A stretch of 59,587 bases of DNA, the filler included, from Stramenopiles sp. TOSAG23-6 (Eukaryota), in the NCBI GenBank assembly GCA_900128565.1. It is 2 parts of 2 records of this genome, joined end to end, with 100 filler letters (N's around TTAATTAATTAA, not from the genome) between each part and the next. Parts side by side here need not be neighbours in the genome. Positions count along the whole stretch, not along the records: positions 1 to 29,767 come from LT635968.1; positions 29,868 to 59,587 come from LT635969.1. One strand, written 5' to 3'. Every line of letters starts with the position of its first letter. Position 1 is the stretch's first letter. Shown here in pieces: positions 26,548-35,207 of this stretch. The notes below the pieces were generated by a model. The model saw only the letters and a list, made by a program, of their open reading frames with translations. It ran no database searches and was not told the DNA's origin. Made by a program: the position numbers and the translations under genes.

Positions 26548-28530
26548 TCTTGCAGGTACAGTCTGTGACTTTCGTATGAATTATGGTCGGTGTCTCAAAA
26601 GGAAATCACGAATTATTTCAGTAAATCGTTCAAAAGTTGATATACGTTTTATTATATTTTTTTTTAAATTTGAATTTTTTGTATGAATTTATTTTTTTCA
26701 AAAAATTTTGTACCTAACAAATTTTCAAAATTTTTTTTCAAATATTTTTCCAAAATACATTTAACTTTGAATTCTGATATGTTCTGGAAGCCTACTATAA
26801 CATCTCAATCTGATCCAGCCATGCATGTTTTTTTTTTTTCAAATTTGAATTTTTTTTTTATAGAAAATTTTGTACCTAACAAATTAAAAATTATTTTTTG
26901 AAATATTTTTTCACAATACATGTTTTTTATTTCTCTTGCCAAAATTCTTTGTGATTCTCAAGACAAACTTTCTACGATATGGGGTGTACGTTTTAATTTT
27001 TTTTTTGTAATTTTTTTTTCGTACGATATTTCGTACCTAACGATTTTTTACGTTTTAATTTTTTTTTTTGTAATTTTTTTTTCGTACGATATGTCGTACC
27101 TAACGATTTTTTTTTTTTTTGTAAAATTCGTGTTTTTTCACAATACATGTAAGTATACCTCCATCGAATCATCAAACTTCGATACAACATCCAAAAACAG
27201 AACACGCTGAGAGGAGATCAAAATGGGCTCAACAATTAAAGCAATCACAAAGAGAAAGAACGTTTTCACATTATGAATTTTTTACCTAAATTTTTTTTTT
27301 TTGGTTTCATACGAAATTTTGTACCTAACAAATTTCGAATTTAATTTTTTTTACAATATATGTGAAGCAAAGACTCGAAAAAAGGCGAATGAAATATCTA
27401 TCGGTCGTGGAAGTGCTAAAGGAGAAAGTCTCATCAATCCACTTGATTTATGTATGTTTTATTTTTTTTTGTACGAAATTTTGTACCTAACAATTTTTTT
27501 TAGAGTTTTTTATGTATGTTTTTTTTTTTTTTTAAAATTTGAAATTGAATTTTTTTTTTTTTTTTTTTATACAAATTTTGTACCTAACAAATTTAAGTTT
27601 TTTTTTTGAAATTTTTTTTTCAAAATACATGTTATCATTTAGATGCTTTATTACCTGACAATAGTATTCTTGTTGCAGATGGTGGTGATTTTGTCGGTTG
27701 TGCAGCGAATACAATGAGCCCTCGTGGTCCTCTCCGATGGCTTGATCCTGGTGCATTTGGGACTCTTGGCGTTGGTGGTGGTTTTGCACTAGCTGCAAAA
27801 TTATGTAAACCAGACGCTGAAGTATGGATTATGTATGTTTTATTTTTTTTTTCGGTAAAAAAAAAAATCGATTTTTTTTTTTTTTTCGTACGAAATTTTG
27901 TACCTAACAAATTTTTCTAAAATTTTTTTTGAAATATTTTTCCAAAATACATATGGGGAGATGGAAGTTCTGGCTATTCATTGGCCGAGTATGACACCTA
28001 CAAACGTCATAAAACACCCATTGGAGGTCTTATCGGAAATGATGCTTGTTGGATGTTTTATTTTTTTTGAATTTTTTTTAACTACATTTTTTTTTTTTTG
28101 AAAATTTTGTAGCTAACAATTTTTTTTTTTTTTTTTGAAATATTTTTCCAAAATACATGGACTCAAATTGAACGTGAACAAATACCAATACTAGATAGTG
28201 ACGTGGCATGTCCTCTTGACTATTGTGCGTACGAAAACGTTGCTAAAGGGTATGGTGGTAATGGTATTGAATGTCGAAAACCAGATGAGAAGGAAATACG
28301 TCAAGTGATCAGTTTGTATGTTTTAATTTTTTTTTTCAATTTTTTTGTCTAAATTTTTTTTTTGTAGTAAATTTTGTACCTAACAATTTTTTTTTTTTTT
28401 GGTAAAAAAATTTTTTTGAAATATTTTTCCAAAATACATGGCACAAAAGAAAATGGCATCAGGCGAACCAATGGTAGTGAATGCCTGGATTGGGAAAACA
28501 AATTTTAGAGAAGGTTCGATTTCTGTATAG
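26548..28530 (+). CDS. ILVBL: Acetolactate synthase-like/2-hydroxyacyl-CoA lyase (TPP enzyme), C-terminal half; 9 exons
   Basis: [95 protein letters not shown]; continuous only after removing 8 introns. Confidence 0.93.
26642..26760 (+). other. Non-canonical intron AT-AT (119 nt)
   Basis: GAT|ATACGT...AAAATACAT|TTA joins SKVD|LTLNSD. Confidence 0.82.
26823..26921 (+). other. Non-canonical intron GC-AT (99 nt)
   Basis: CAT|GCATGT...CACAATACAT|G joins SDPAM|FF. Confidence 0.82.
26986..27148 (+). other. Non-canonical intron GT-AT (163 nt) with ~62-nt internal tandem duplication
   Basis: GGT|GTACGT; two GTACGATAT.TCGTACCTAAC units; CAATACAT|GTA. Confidence 0.82.
27258..27361 (+). other. Non-canonical intron GA-AT (104 nt)
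   Basis: AA|GAACGTTTT...CAATATAT|GT, in frame ([11 protein letters not shown]). Confidence 0.75.
27452..27630 (+). other. Non-canonical composite intron GT-AT (179 nt)
   Basis: Joins INPLDLC|YHLD; second AT|GTATGT at 27514 and two branch motifs. Confidence 0.85.
27833..27952 (+). other. Non-canonical intron GT-AT (120 nt)
   Basis: Joins EVWII|WGDG (TPP motif). Confidence 0.9.
28051..28158 (+). other. Non-canonical intron GG-AT (108 nt)
   Basis: TT|GGATGT...AAAATACAT|GG restores GNDACWTQI. Confidence 0.85.
28316..28439 (+). other. Non-canonical intron GT-AT (124 nt)
   Basis: In frame (VISL|AQKK); 5' half nearly identical to intron 6932-7039. Confidence 0.88.
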
Positions 28531-28787
28531 ATCTTGAAAAATGTATGAAATGTACTTTCATGAAATATTGATTCCAAATGAAATTTTTTTAAAAAAAATC
28601 AACAAAAATCTTTAATTTTTATATTGTAGAGAGTATCATGAAAAATAAAAAATTGTGCTCTAGTCACACTTGTCACTTGATGACTTTTTCGTTTTATAGT
28701 AGATTTTTTTCTTTTTTGTACGAAATTTTCTTTTTGAAATTTTTTTTTTTGAAAATTTTTTTTTTGAAAAATTTCTTTCTGTTTTTT

Positions 28788-29690
28788 CTATCCAAGACTA
28801 AATACTCTGGCAATTCCATTATGAGTCTCAACTTGACATCTTCCATACGGCACATGTTCACCATCTAACGAGATATAACCAGTTTTATTTTGATCCAGAG
28901 GCTCTAATCGAAATGCGTCACATTCCAATGTAGTATGAAAAAATATTTCAAAACAAAAAACAAAAAATTGTTAGGTATACAATTTTGTATACAAAAAAAA
29001 AAAAAAAAAAAAAATTGGGTTAGGGTTAGGGTTATGGTTCAAAAAATAAAATGTACACAAAATTACACCTGGGAAATTTATATGTGTTCCTTCTTCTAAA
29101 GGTCCTGCAAACATTCTAAGCATGCTACATCTAGAAATCTTTTGAGCAATGAGAATTTTCCATTTTCCACCAGATAGCTTTGTACCAGGACATTGATGCA
29201 TGTATTGTTTGAAAAATATTTTTTTTTTTTTGTGTATAAAAATTTGTTAGGTACGAAATTTCGTACGAAATGTTTTGAAAAAAAAAAAAAAAAAAAAAAT
29301 TCAAAATTGAAATTGAAAAAAAATAAATAAATTCGAAATTGAAAAAAAAAAACATACATGTCATATGCTGCATGTGAAGTATTTGTTGCCCAAAATAGTT
29401 GAAATTTCCCCTCAATCATCTTCCATGTTTCTCCTTTGGATTTTTTTTGTAAAAGATTTTGGTGAAGTGATGGAAGAGTATATATTGTGGAACAATAAAT
29501 TCGAAATTGAAAAAAAACCCGTTAGGTACAAACTTTCGTACGAAAAAAAAAAATCGATTTTTTTTGTAAAAAAAAAAAAATAAAACATACATGAATAAGT
29601 GTGCCAGTAGGGTTAGTGGTAGACTTTGAATCACTGGGTACCCGGTAAAACAATCGACCTTCATATATCCGAAGATTTAAAATTCGAAGT
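28788..29690 (-). CDS. Sphingosine kinase/DAGK-family lipid kinase, last 4 exons
   Basis: LRILNLRIYEGRLFY, WKMIEGKF, SHAAYDM..CP, AFRLEP...GYISLDGE.VPYG..QVE. Confidence 0.85.
28928..29056 (-). other. Non-canonical intron GT-AT (129 nt) containing TTAGGG repeats
   Basis: Joins GVILL|ECDAFRLEP. Confidence 0.85.
29200..29357 (-). other. Non-canonical intron GT-AT (158 nt)
   Basis: CAT|GTATGT...CAATACAT|G; perfect GTACGAAATTTCGTAC palindrome at 29251-29266. Confidence 0.87.
29480..29590 (-). other. Non-canonical intron GT-AT (111 nt)
   Basis: CAT|GTATGT...CACAATATAT|ACT, in frame. Confidence 0.82.
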
Positions 29691-29767
29691 ATACATTTTA
29701 GAAAAATATTTCAAAAAAAATTTTAGAAAAAATTGTTAGGTACAAAATTTTTTTACCAAAAAAAAAA
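29691..29767 (-). other. Non-canonical intron, 3' part, truncated by gap; ends TAT
   Basis: TGTACCTAAC...GAAATATTTTTCTAAAATGTAT|. Confidence 0.75.
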
Positions 29768-29867
29768 NNNNNNNNNNNNNNNNNNNNNNNNNNNNNNNNN
29801 NNNNNNNNNNNTTAATTAATTAANNNNNNNNNNNNNNNNNNNNNNNNNNNNNNNNNNNNNNNNNNNN
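29768..29867. other. Artificial 100-nt contig spacer
   Basis: Symmetric N runs flanking TTAATTAATTAA (stops in all frames). Confidence 0.95.
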
Positions 29868-29921
29868 GTACGAAATTTTGTACCTAACGATTTTTTTTTG
29901 AAATATTTTTCCAAAATACAT
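29868..29921 (+). other. Non-canonical intron, 3' part, truncated by gap; ends CAT
   Basis: GTACGAAATTTTGTACCTAAC...CCAAAATACAT|. Confidence 0.8.
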
Positions 29922-30385
29922 ACCAAAAGACGGAAAGTTTGGATGTTGAAAATATGTGGTTTTGTGAACAATGTCAAAAACGAACTTTGGCTGAGAAAAC
30001 AATTGGATTTTGGGATATTTCTGAAATATTTATCATTTGTTTAAAACGCTTCCAAATTTCTTTTGATGGGTCATCTCGAATGATTTCTAGGAGTAAAATT
30101 TCTGGTCTAGTTGACTATCCTCTGTGTGGTTTTGATCTATCACCATATATTTTATCCAAAAATAGAGAAAATTGTATCTATGATCTATTCGCCGTATGCA
30201 ACCATTCAGGTAATTTAGATGGAGGTCACTATACATCATTTGCATGCAACTTCAAGACAGGTAAATGGTATGAATTTAATGATAGCAGTGTCCGAGAAAT
30301 ATTGGATCCAAATAATGAAATTATTACTGAAAAAGCCTACGTTCTTATGTACAGACGCCGAAGGGAAAAAAAAATTATAAATTAA
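29922..30385 (+). CDS. Ubiquitin-specific protease (C19), last exon
   Basis: WFCEQC, LKRF, YDLFAVCNHSG...GGHYT, WYEFNDS, AYVLMYRR. Confidence 0.92.
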
Positions 30386-30557
30386 TCCGCATTCATAATT
30401 TTTTTTGTTAGGTACAAAATTTGGTACAAACAAATGAATTCAAAATACGCTGTTACGAATTAATAAATGAATTTTAATGAACTCAAGTGATCATTTTATT
30501 GTTACTATTTTTTTTTTATAGTAGTAAATTTTCAAATTTTGTACCAAAAAAACGAAT

Positions 30558-31691
30558 TTAATTTTTTTTTCCAGTACCTTTTCTTGCTAATCCGTATATT
30601 GCCCAATTTCTCTGAATATATCGAATGGATCCAACCGTACTGTTTGTAGTTGTTGGCACAATGTCATACCCAATATTCTTAAACACATTTAGTTCTGGTT
30701 GTATCACTATTTCAATATCATTTCTTTCATTTTGAGATTCGTAAAGGTCATTTGAATATTTATTTGAATAATTCTTTGAATATTTATCGTCTAATGCTAC
30801 ATCTATTTCATTCACAAAGCCCGAAGATTTCAGCATTGTAAGATCTGCATTTAGGTCTATAGCGTCATGTATTTTGGAAAAATATTTCAAAAAAAAATCT
30901 AAAAAAAATGTTAGGTACAAAATTTCGTACGAAAAAATAAATTCGATTTTTTGTTTAAAAAAAAAAATAAAACGTACATACGCCGTGAGAAAAACAGGAC
31001 AAAAAGTTTTTTTTTTGAATATACAATCTAGACTTTCTTTCCAGCCCTTTGTATGTGCTGGATGTGCTAAACCTGGGTTTAACAGGAAAACAGCATCTGC
31101 TTCTTCTTTTTGAAATATTTCATGATATACACCTGTGTGATACTCAACGCTGACGCCTCTTCCAGTGCTTTCATCTTCTTGCAATGACTTAGTACCTATT
31201 GGAACTTGCGGTCCTATAACACGTATATGTAAAGGCTGATTTGGCTTACATAATGAAAGGCGTAACTCGCGCCATACCCAAAGTGGGGCTAGTGCTTCCG
31301 CGCGAGCCCCTACGATATCTATTCGTATAACTGTGTGGTGCTTTGTATTAACCACACGAGGAAAGATGTTAGCAATGGTCAGTGAATATGTTAAATAGGC
31401 AGACAGCTGACGGCCCATTGAACTTTCCGAAGTAACTGAGAAGCCACGACGTCGAAAGAAATTGTCCCAAGAAGGTGTTTCAGACACGAGTTCTTGTTTG
31501 GACAGGGACGCGACAGGAATCTTCATTTGCTTGGCTCGGAAATTTGCATCTTCTGCAAAAATGGAAGAGGCAAGTGCCACCGAAATATCCTCATGATTAT
31601 TTACTAAAGCTGAAACACCTGGAACAGAGGATTTTGATAGGGTTGATATCAATCTTCTCGCGGTATGTGATGCACTTGATAGCATGATCAA
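30558..31691 (-). CDS. MSS51 C-terminal-domain-like protein, probably mitochondrial; 2 exons
   Basis: LTYSLTI, IDIVGARAE, VIGPQV, GVYHE, LNPGL, NVF pattern; transit-like N-terminus. Confidence 0.7.
   Translation of the reverse strand: MIMLSSASHTARRLISTLSKSSVPGVSALVNNHEDISVALASSIFAEDANFRAKQMKIPVASLSKQELVSETPSWDNFFRRRGFSVTSESSMGRQLSAYLTYSLTIANIFPRVVNTKHHTVIRIDIVGARAEALAPLWVWRELRLSLCKPNQPLHIRVIGPQVPIGTKSLQEDESTGRGVSVEYHTGVYHEIFQKEEADAVFLLNPGLAHPAHTKGWKESLDCIFKKKTFCPVFLTAYVRFIFFFKQKIEFIFSYEILYLTFFLDFFLKYFSKIHDAIDLNADLTMLKSSGFVNEIDVALDDKYSKNYSNKYSNDLYESQNERNDIEIVIQPELNVFKNIGYDIVPTTTNSTVGSIRYIQRNWAIYGLARKGTGKKN
30867..30977 (-). other. Non-canonical intron GT-AT (111 nt, 3n and stop-free)
   Basis: TAT|GTACGT...AAAATACAT|GAC; hidden inside the computed ORF. 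Confidence 0.85.
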
Positions 31692-31993
31692 TACTTCATA
31701 TTCGTTTTGTTTGCTCGTTGTTGTTACTACTATATTTAAGTACCTATAATTATAGCCTAGAGGTGGTGACGTAAACTAAATTTGTACTGACAGACACCAG
31801 CAGCCGACCGGCTAATAAATACCGGTACCCGCCCCACTCGAAGCTACTTGACTGCGACTGGTGTGGAGTATTGAAAAGGTATTCGCTTTCTTATTACATT
31901 TTTTCAGTCAATATTTTCCTCTGTTGAGCAGTAAAATTTTCATACAAATGGTACAATAAAATAGGAATACAACAATTAAAATCAATAAATACT

Positions 31994-32305
31994 TTAATCA
32001 TCATCATTTCGAGTTGAATTTCTATCCCTATCAAATGTAACACGCTTTTTACCCCAGCGGCCTTCAAACACTGCAATTATACCATAATCATTTCCTGTAT
32101 GTTCCTCGAAACGTCGTTTGCCTTGAAGTATAGCGAGGCAGCAAAATACACCTGCCGCAGTTACGCCTAAACTCATTGTATCACCACTGCTACTGCCCTT
32201 GTTACTACTGCTATTACTCAAATATTTTTGCTTGAGGTGGTGTTGTGCAGGTTGCCGTAAAATCCACGGAGTGCATACCCTTCGATACACAAACATACTC
32301 ACCAT
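31994..32305 (-). CDS. Small hypothetical protein, possible mitochondrial single-pass membrane protein
   Basis: ATG start, Arg/Ser-rich N-terminus, one hydrophobic segment, fills an intergenic interval. Confidence 0.5.
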   Translation of the reverse strand: MVSMFVYRRVCTPWILRQPAQHHLKQKYLSNSSSNKGSSSGDTMSLGVTAAGVFCCLAILQGKRRFEEHTGNDYGIIAVFEGRWGKKRVTFDRDRNSTRNDDD

Positions 32306-32641
32306 ATATCTCTCACTTGTGATCTCGTCGACTTGCTTTGTACAATATGATAGCTAGCTAGGTCTTACTCTAGTAGCCACTGACACAAACATCGAAATGA
32401 CATGGAAAGTTTGGAAACGCGAAACAACGTGGCAATAAAAACACACGTGTCACGGTGACCGGTGAAGCGAAAAAATCGAAAACAATCAATCAATAATTTC
32501 ATTTGAAACAAAAAAGCGAAAAATAATTCCACAGAACGATAAAGAAACAATTTCAGCTTTTATCAGTATTCTAAATTGATAAATAAATGAATGCTGAATG
32601 AGATGCGTTTGCCGCAATTAAATTAGTTGATATAGTAGTAA

Positions 32642-35173
32642 ATGTTTGGATATTACGATAAAGATTGGACCGTGGTCACCGATGCTTCAGTTTTCCTCGT
32701 AGTCGCTTGTGCAATAATCAACTGTCTTCGTTGGATAAAGCGTGGAACTATTCATCCTAATAGAAATCGCAAATCACAAAGAGAGCATAATAGTCTATTG
32801 CTACGATATATTTTTCCATTTTTATGCTTTAAGGGTGCTGATTGGCTACAAGGTGCATATTTCTATGAAGTTTATGCTTCCAAAAACCTAAGTGATAGTG
32901 AAATTGCTATATTGTTTTTATATGGATTTGGTGCATCTGCTATTCTTGGACCTGTTGTTGGTGTGTGTGTAGACATTTTGGGTCGGAAAAACGGATGTAT
33001 CGCATACTGCTTTTTTTCTATATTTGCCGCTTTCAGTACACATTTTCAATCGTATACAGTTCTTGTAATTGGGAGATTCTGTGGTGGAACAGCCTCCTCG
33101 ATCCTTCACTCGGCTCCAGAGGCTTGGCTTGTTGCAGAGCATAGTAAAGCTGTGCGAAACAAAAAGGTTGCAACAGATGGTTCAGCGTTGCAATCGGCAT
33201 TAACGTGGTCGCATTTTGGTAATGGAGTTGTCGCTATTGTAGCAGGGCACGTTTTCATCATAAATTTCAAATTTATTTATTTTTACAATGAAAATTCTGT
33301 ACCTAACAAATTTCGAATGTAACATTTTATTTCACAACACATGCAAATTTCTTCAAGTGCAGAAATGCATTTTGGACCTTCTGGTCCTTTTCTTGCCTCC
33401 GTTGTTGTCTCTTTGTTAGGCGCGACGATTGCAACATGCTTATGGGAAGAGAATTATGTATATTTTTATCATTCATTTTTTAACTAAATATTTTTTATAG
33501 GAAATTTTGTACCTAACAATTTTTTTTTACGAAAAAAAAAAAAAAATATATTTTTTACAATTCATGGAAAGAACGTTGATATAGATCAAACTATACATAT
33601 CGTCGGTGAACTTAGTACCACATCCAACACATCCAAATATAAAATAACTGAGACGAAAGATAAACTGAAACAATCTTCACCTCAGCAAAATAATACTCAT
33701 TGCTCTCGTATGTGTTCATCATGAATTTTTTTTTTTTTGGTTTCGTACGAAATTTTGTACTTAAGATTATTTTTTTTGAAATACTTTTTTCACAATACAT
33801 GTGATGTCCTCCAAAAAATTACTTTCAGAACTCTAGCTGTACTTTCTGAAGGAATCGAAAAGATATCAATTACAGTTGACCTTGTGTTAAATGATTCACA
33901 CATATTCGCAGTTGGTGTAGTTCAAGCCTTTACTGAAGCATCGATGTATATATGTTTTCATCATTCAGTTCAAATAGTTTCTTTTGGTACAAAATTTTGT
34001 ACCTTTAAATTTTTTTTTTTTAAAGTGTTTTTTTTATATACGTTTTCATTATTGATTTCGATTTTTTTATACCAATTTCTTTAGCAAACTTCAAAAATAT
34101 ATTTCACTATAAAATATGTTTTATTTTTTTTCAATTTCGAATTTTTTTTAGTACGAAATTTCGTACCTAACAAATTTTACAAAAAAAAATATTTTCTCAC
34201 TATATATATGTTTGTTGTAATGTGGGGATCAGCTGTGAAAAAAGTGTCTAATTACGAGTCTACAATGAAAGAGACTACTCCAGTGAAAATTCCATTTGGT
34301 ACGTTTTCATTTGAATTTCAAATTTATTTTTTTTTCATAGAAAATTCTGTACCTAACAAATTTGAAACTTGAAACGTAAAATGTATTTTTTGTCCAACAT
34401 GTGATTTATTCTCGTGTTACATGCTTTCTTGTATGCTTGGTTCAAGTATTCTGGCATTGCTTTGCGCTCGTGTTTCTACGACCAAGACAGGTATAAGTGG
34501 GAAAACATTTAATAATGAGAGTAATGTCAAATTAATTCTCAAAGTGATATGTTCACCAATGTTCTATTGTACGAAAAAACTCTCTAACATATTTGCTTGT
34601 AGTATTTTTTGTGATAGATTATTAGAATGGTTATTACTAATTTCGCTTATAGTGGCGAGCATTGTACTGATGCTTAGTGCAGCTATTGTTAATAGCACAC
34701 AACCGGGTGCCTTCCCTTATATCACCGAAATCTTTAATAATATACCTGGCACAAATCTAAGGAATGCACGAATAGTCGGATCAAGTACAGGAAGAACGGG
34801 TCATCTTTTGATATGTTTCTTTATTTTTGAGGGAACAATTGGTTTATTTTGGCCTGCCATTAGCATGTTAAGAGCAAAATATCTTCCCAATACTTGTCGA
34901 TCAGCAGCCATGACTTTATTTCGTGTTCCGCTCAATATAATGGTTATGGGTGTGTCCATTGGTACACGATATCTCGGTACTGATGGCGCATTAGCCTGTG
35001 CAGCAATTACTTCATCATTTGGTGTCATAGCACAACTTTATCTTCTATTTTTAACTATATTTCATAAATCAAGAGAGGAATCCCGAGTGATAGTAAAGAA
35101 TGTGAATGATGGTAGCAAAATGAAAAAGAATATACATGGTACTACTGCAACAAAAACAATCAAGCAAGAGTAA
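32642..35173 (+). CDS. MFSD5: MFS molybdate-anion transporter (MFSD5/MOT2 family); 6 exons
   Basis: ADWLQGAYFY, GRKNGC, GRFCGG.ASS.L, GNGVVAIVAG, WEENYG, EASMY.FV..W, IPFG..FS..M...MLGS, FRVPLN. Confidence 0.9.
33247..33342 (+). other. Non-canonical intron GC-AT (96 nt)
   Basis: GG|GCACGT...CAACACAT|G keeps VAIVAG. Confidence 0.85.
33458..33565 (+). other. Non-canonical intron GT-AT (108 nt)
   Basis: Restores WEENY|G. Confidence 0.88.
33708..33800 (+). other. Non-canonical intron GT-AT (93 nt)
   Basis: TC|GTATGT...CACAATACAT|GT, in frame; branch motif variant TACTTAAG. Confidence 0.82.
33950..34207 (+). other. Non-canonical composite intron AT-AT (258 nt)
   Basis: Restores EASMY|MFVVMW; several internal donor-like and branch-like motifs. 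Confidence 0.75.
34299..34400 (+). other. Non-canonical intron GT-AT (102 nt)
   Basis: TG|GTACGT...CCAACAT|GT keeps IPFG. Confidence 0.87.
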
Positions 35174-35207
35174 TAACAATTAAACTTTATTATATACAAA
35201 TTTTCTA

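Noticed and set aside
26548-26558. Canonical CAG|GT acceptor after intron 26439
   Set aside because: It lies in the ILVBL LAGT codons and would shift the frame
26346-29664. Short Phe/Lys-rich ORFs in the ORF track
   Set aside because: They are translations of intron poly-T/poly-A tracts
23339-29690. Pseudogenes disrupted by MITEs
   Set aside because: Exons are intact, all insertions are co-oriented with their genes, and precise removal restores frame except at the chimeric 23236 junction
26439-29767. CRISPR-like array of palindromic repeats with spacers
   Set aside because: The spacers are exons of ILVBL and sphingosine kinase, the repeats vary in length, and no cas genes are present
29812-29823. 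TTAATTAATTAA palindrome as a biological site
   Set aside because: Centred between symmetric N runs; an artificial scaffold spacer
20114-35173. Molybdenum cluster (sulfite oxidase plus molybdate transporter)
   Set aside because: Separated by the artificial gap and by probable chimeric junctions, so linkage is unproven
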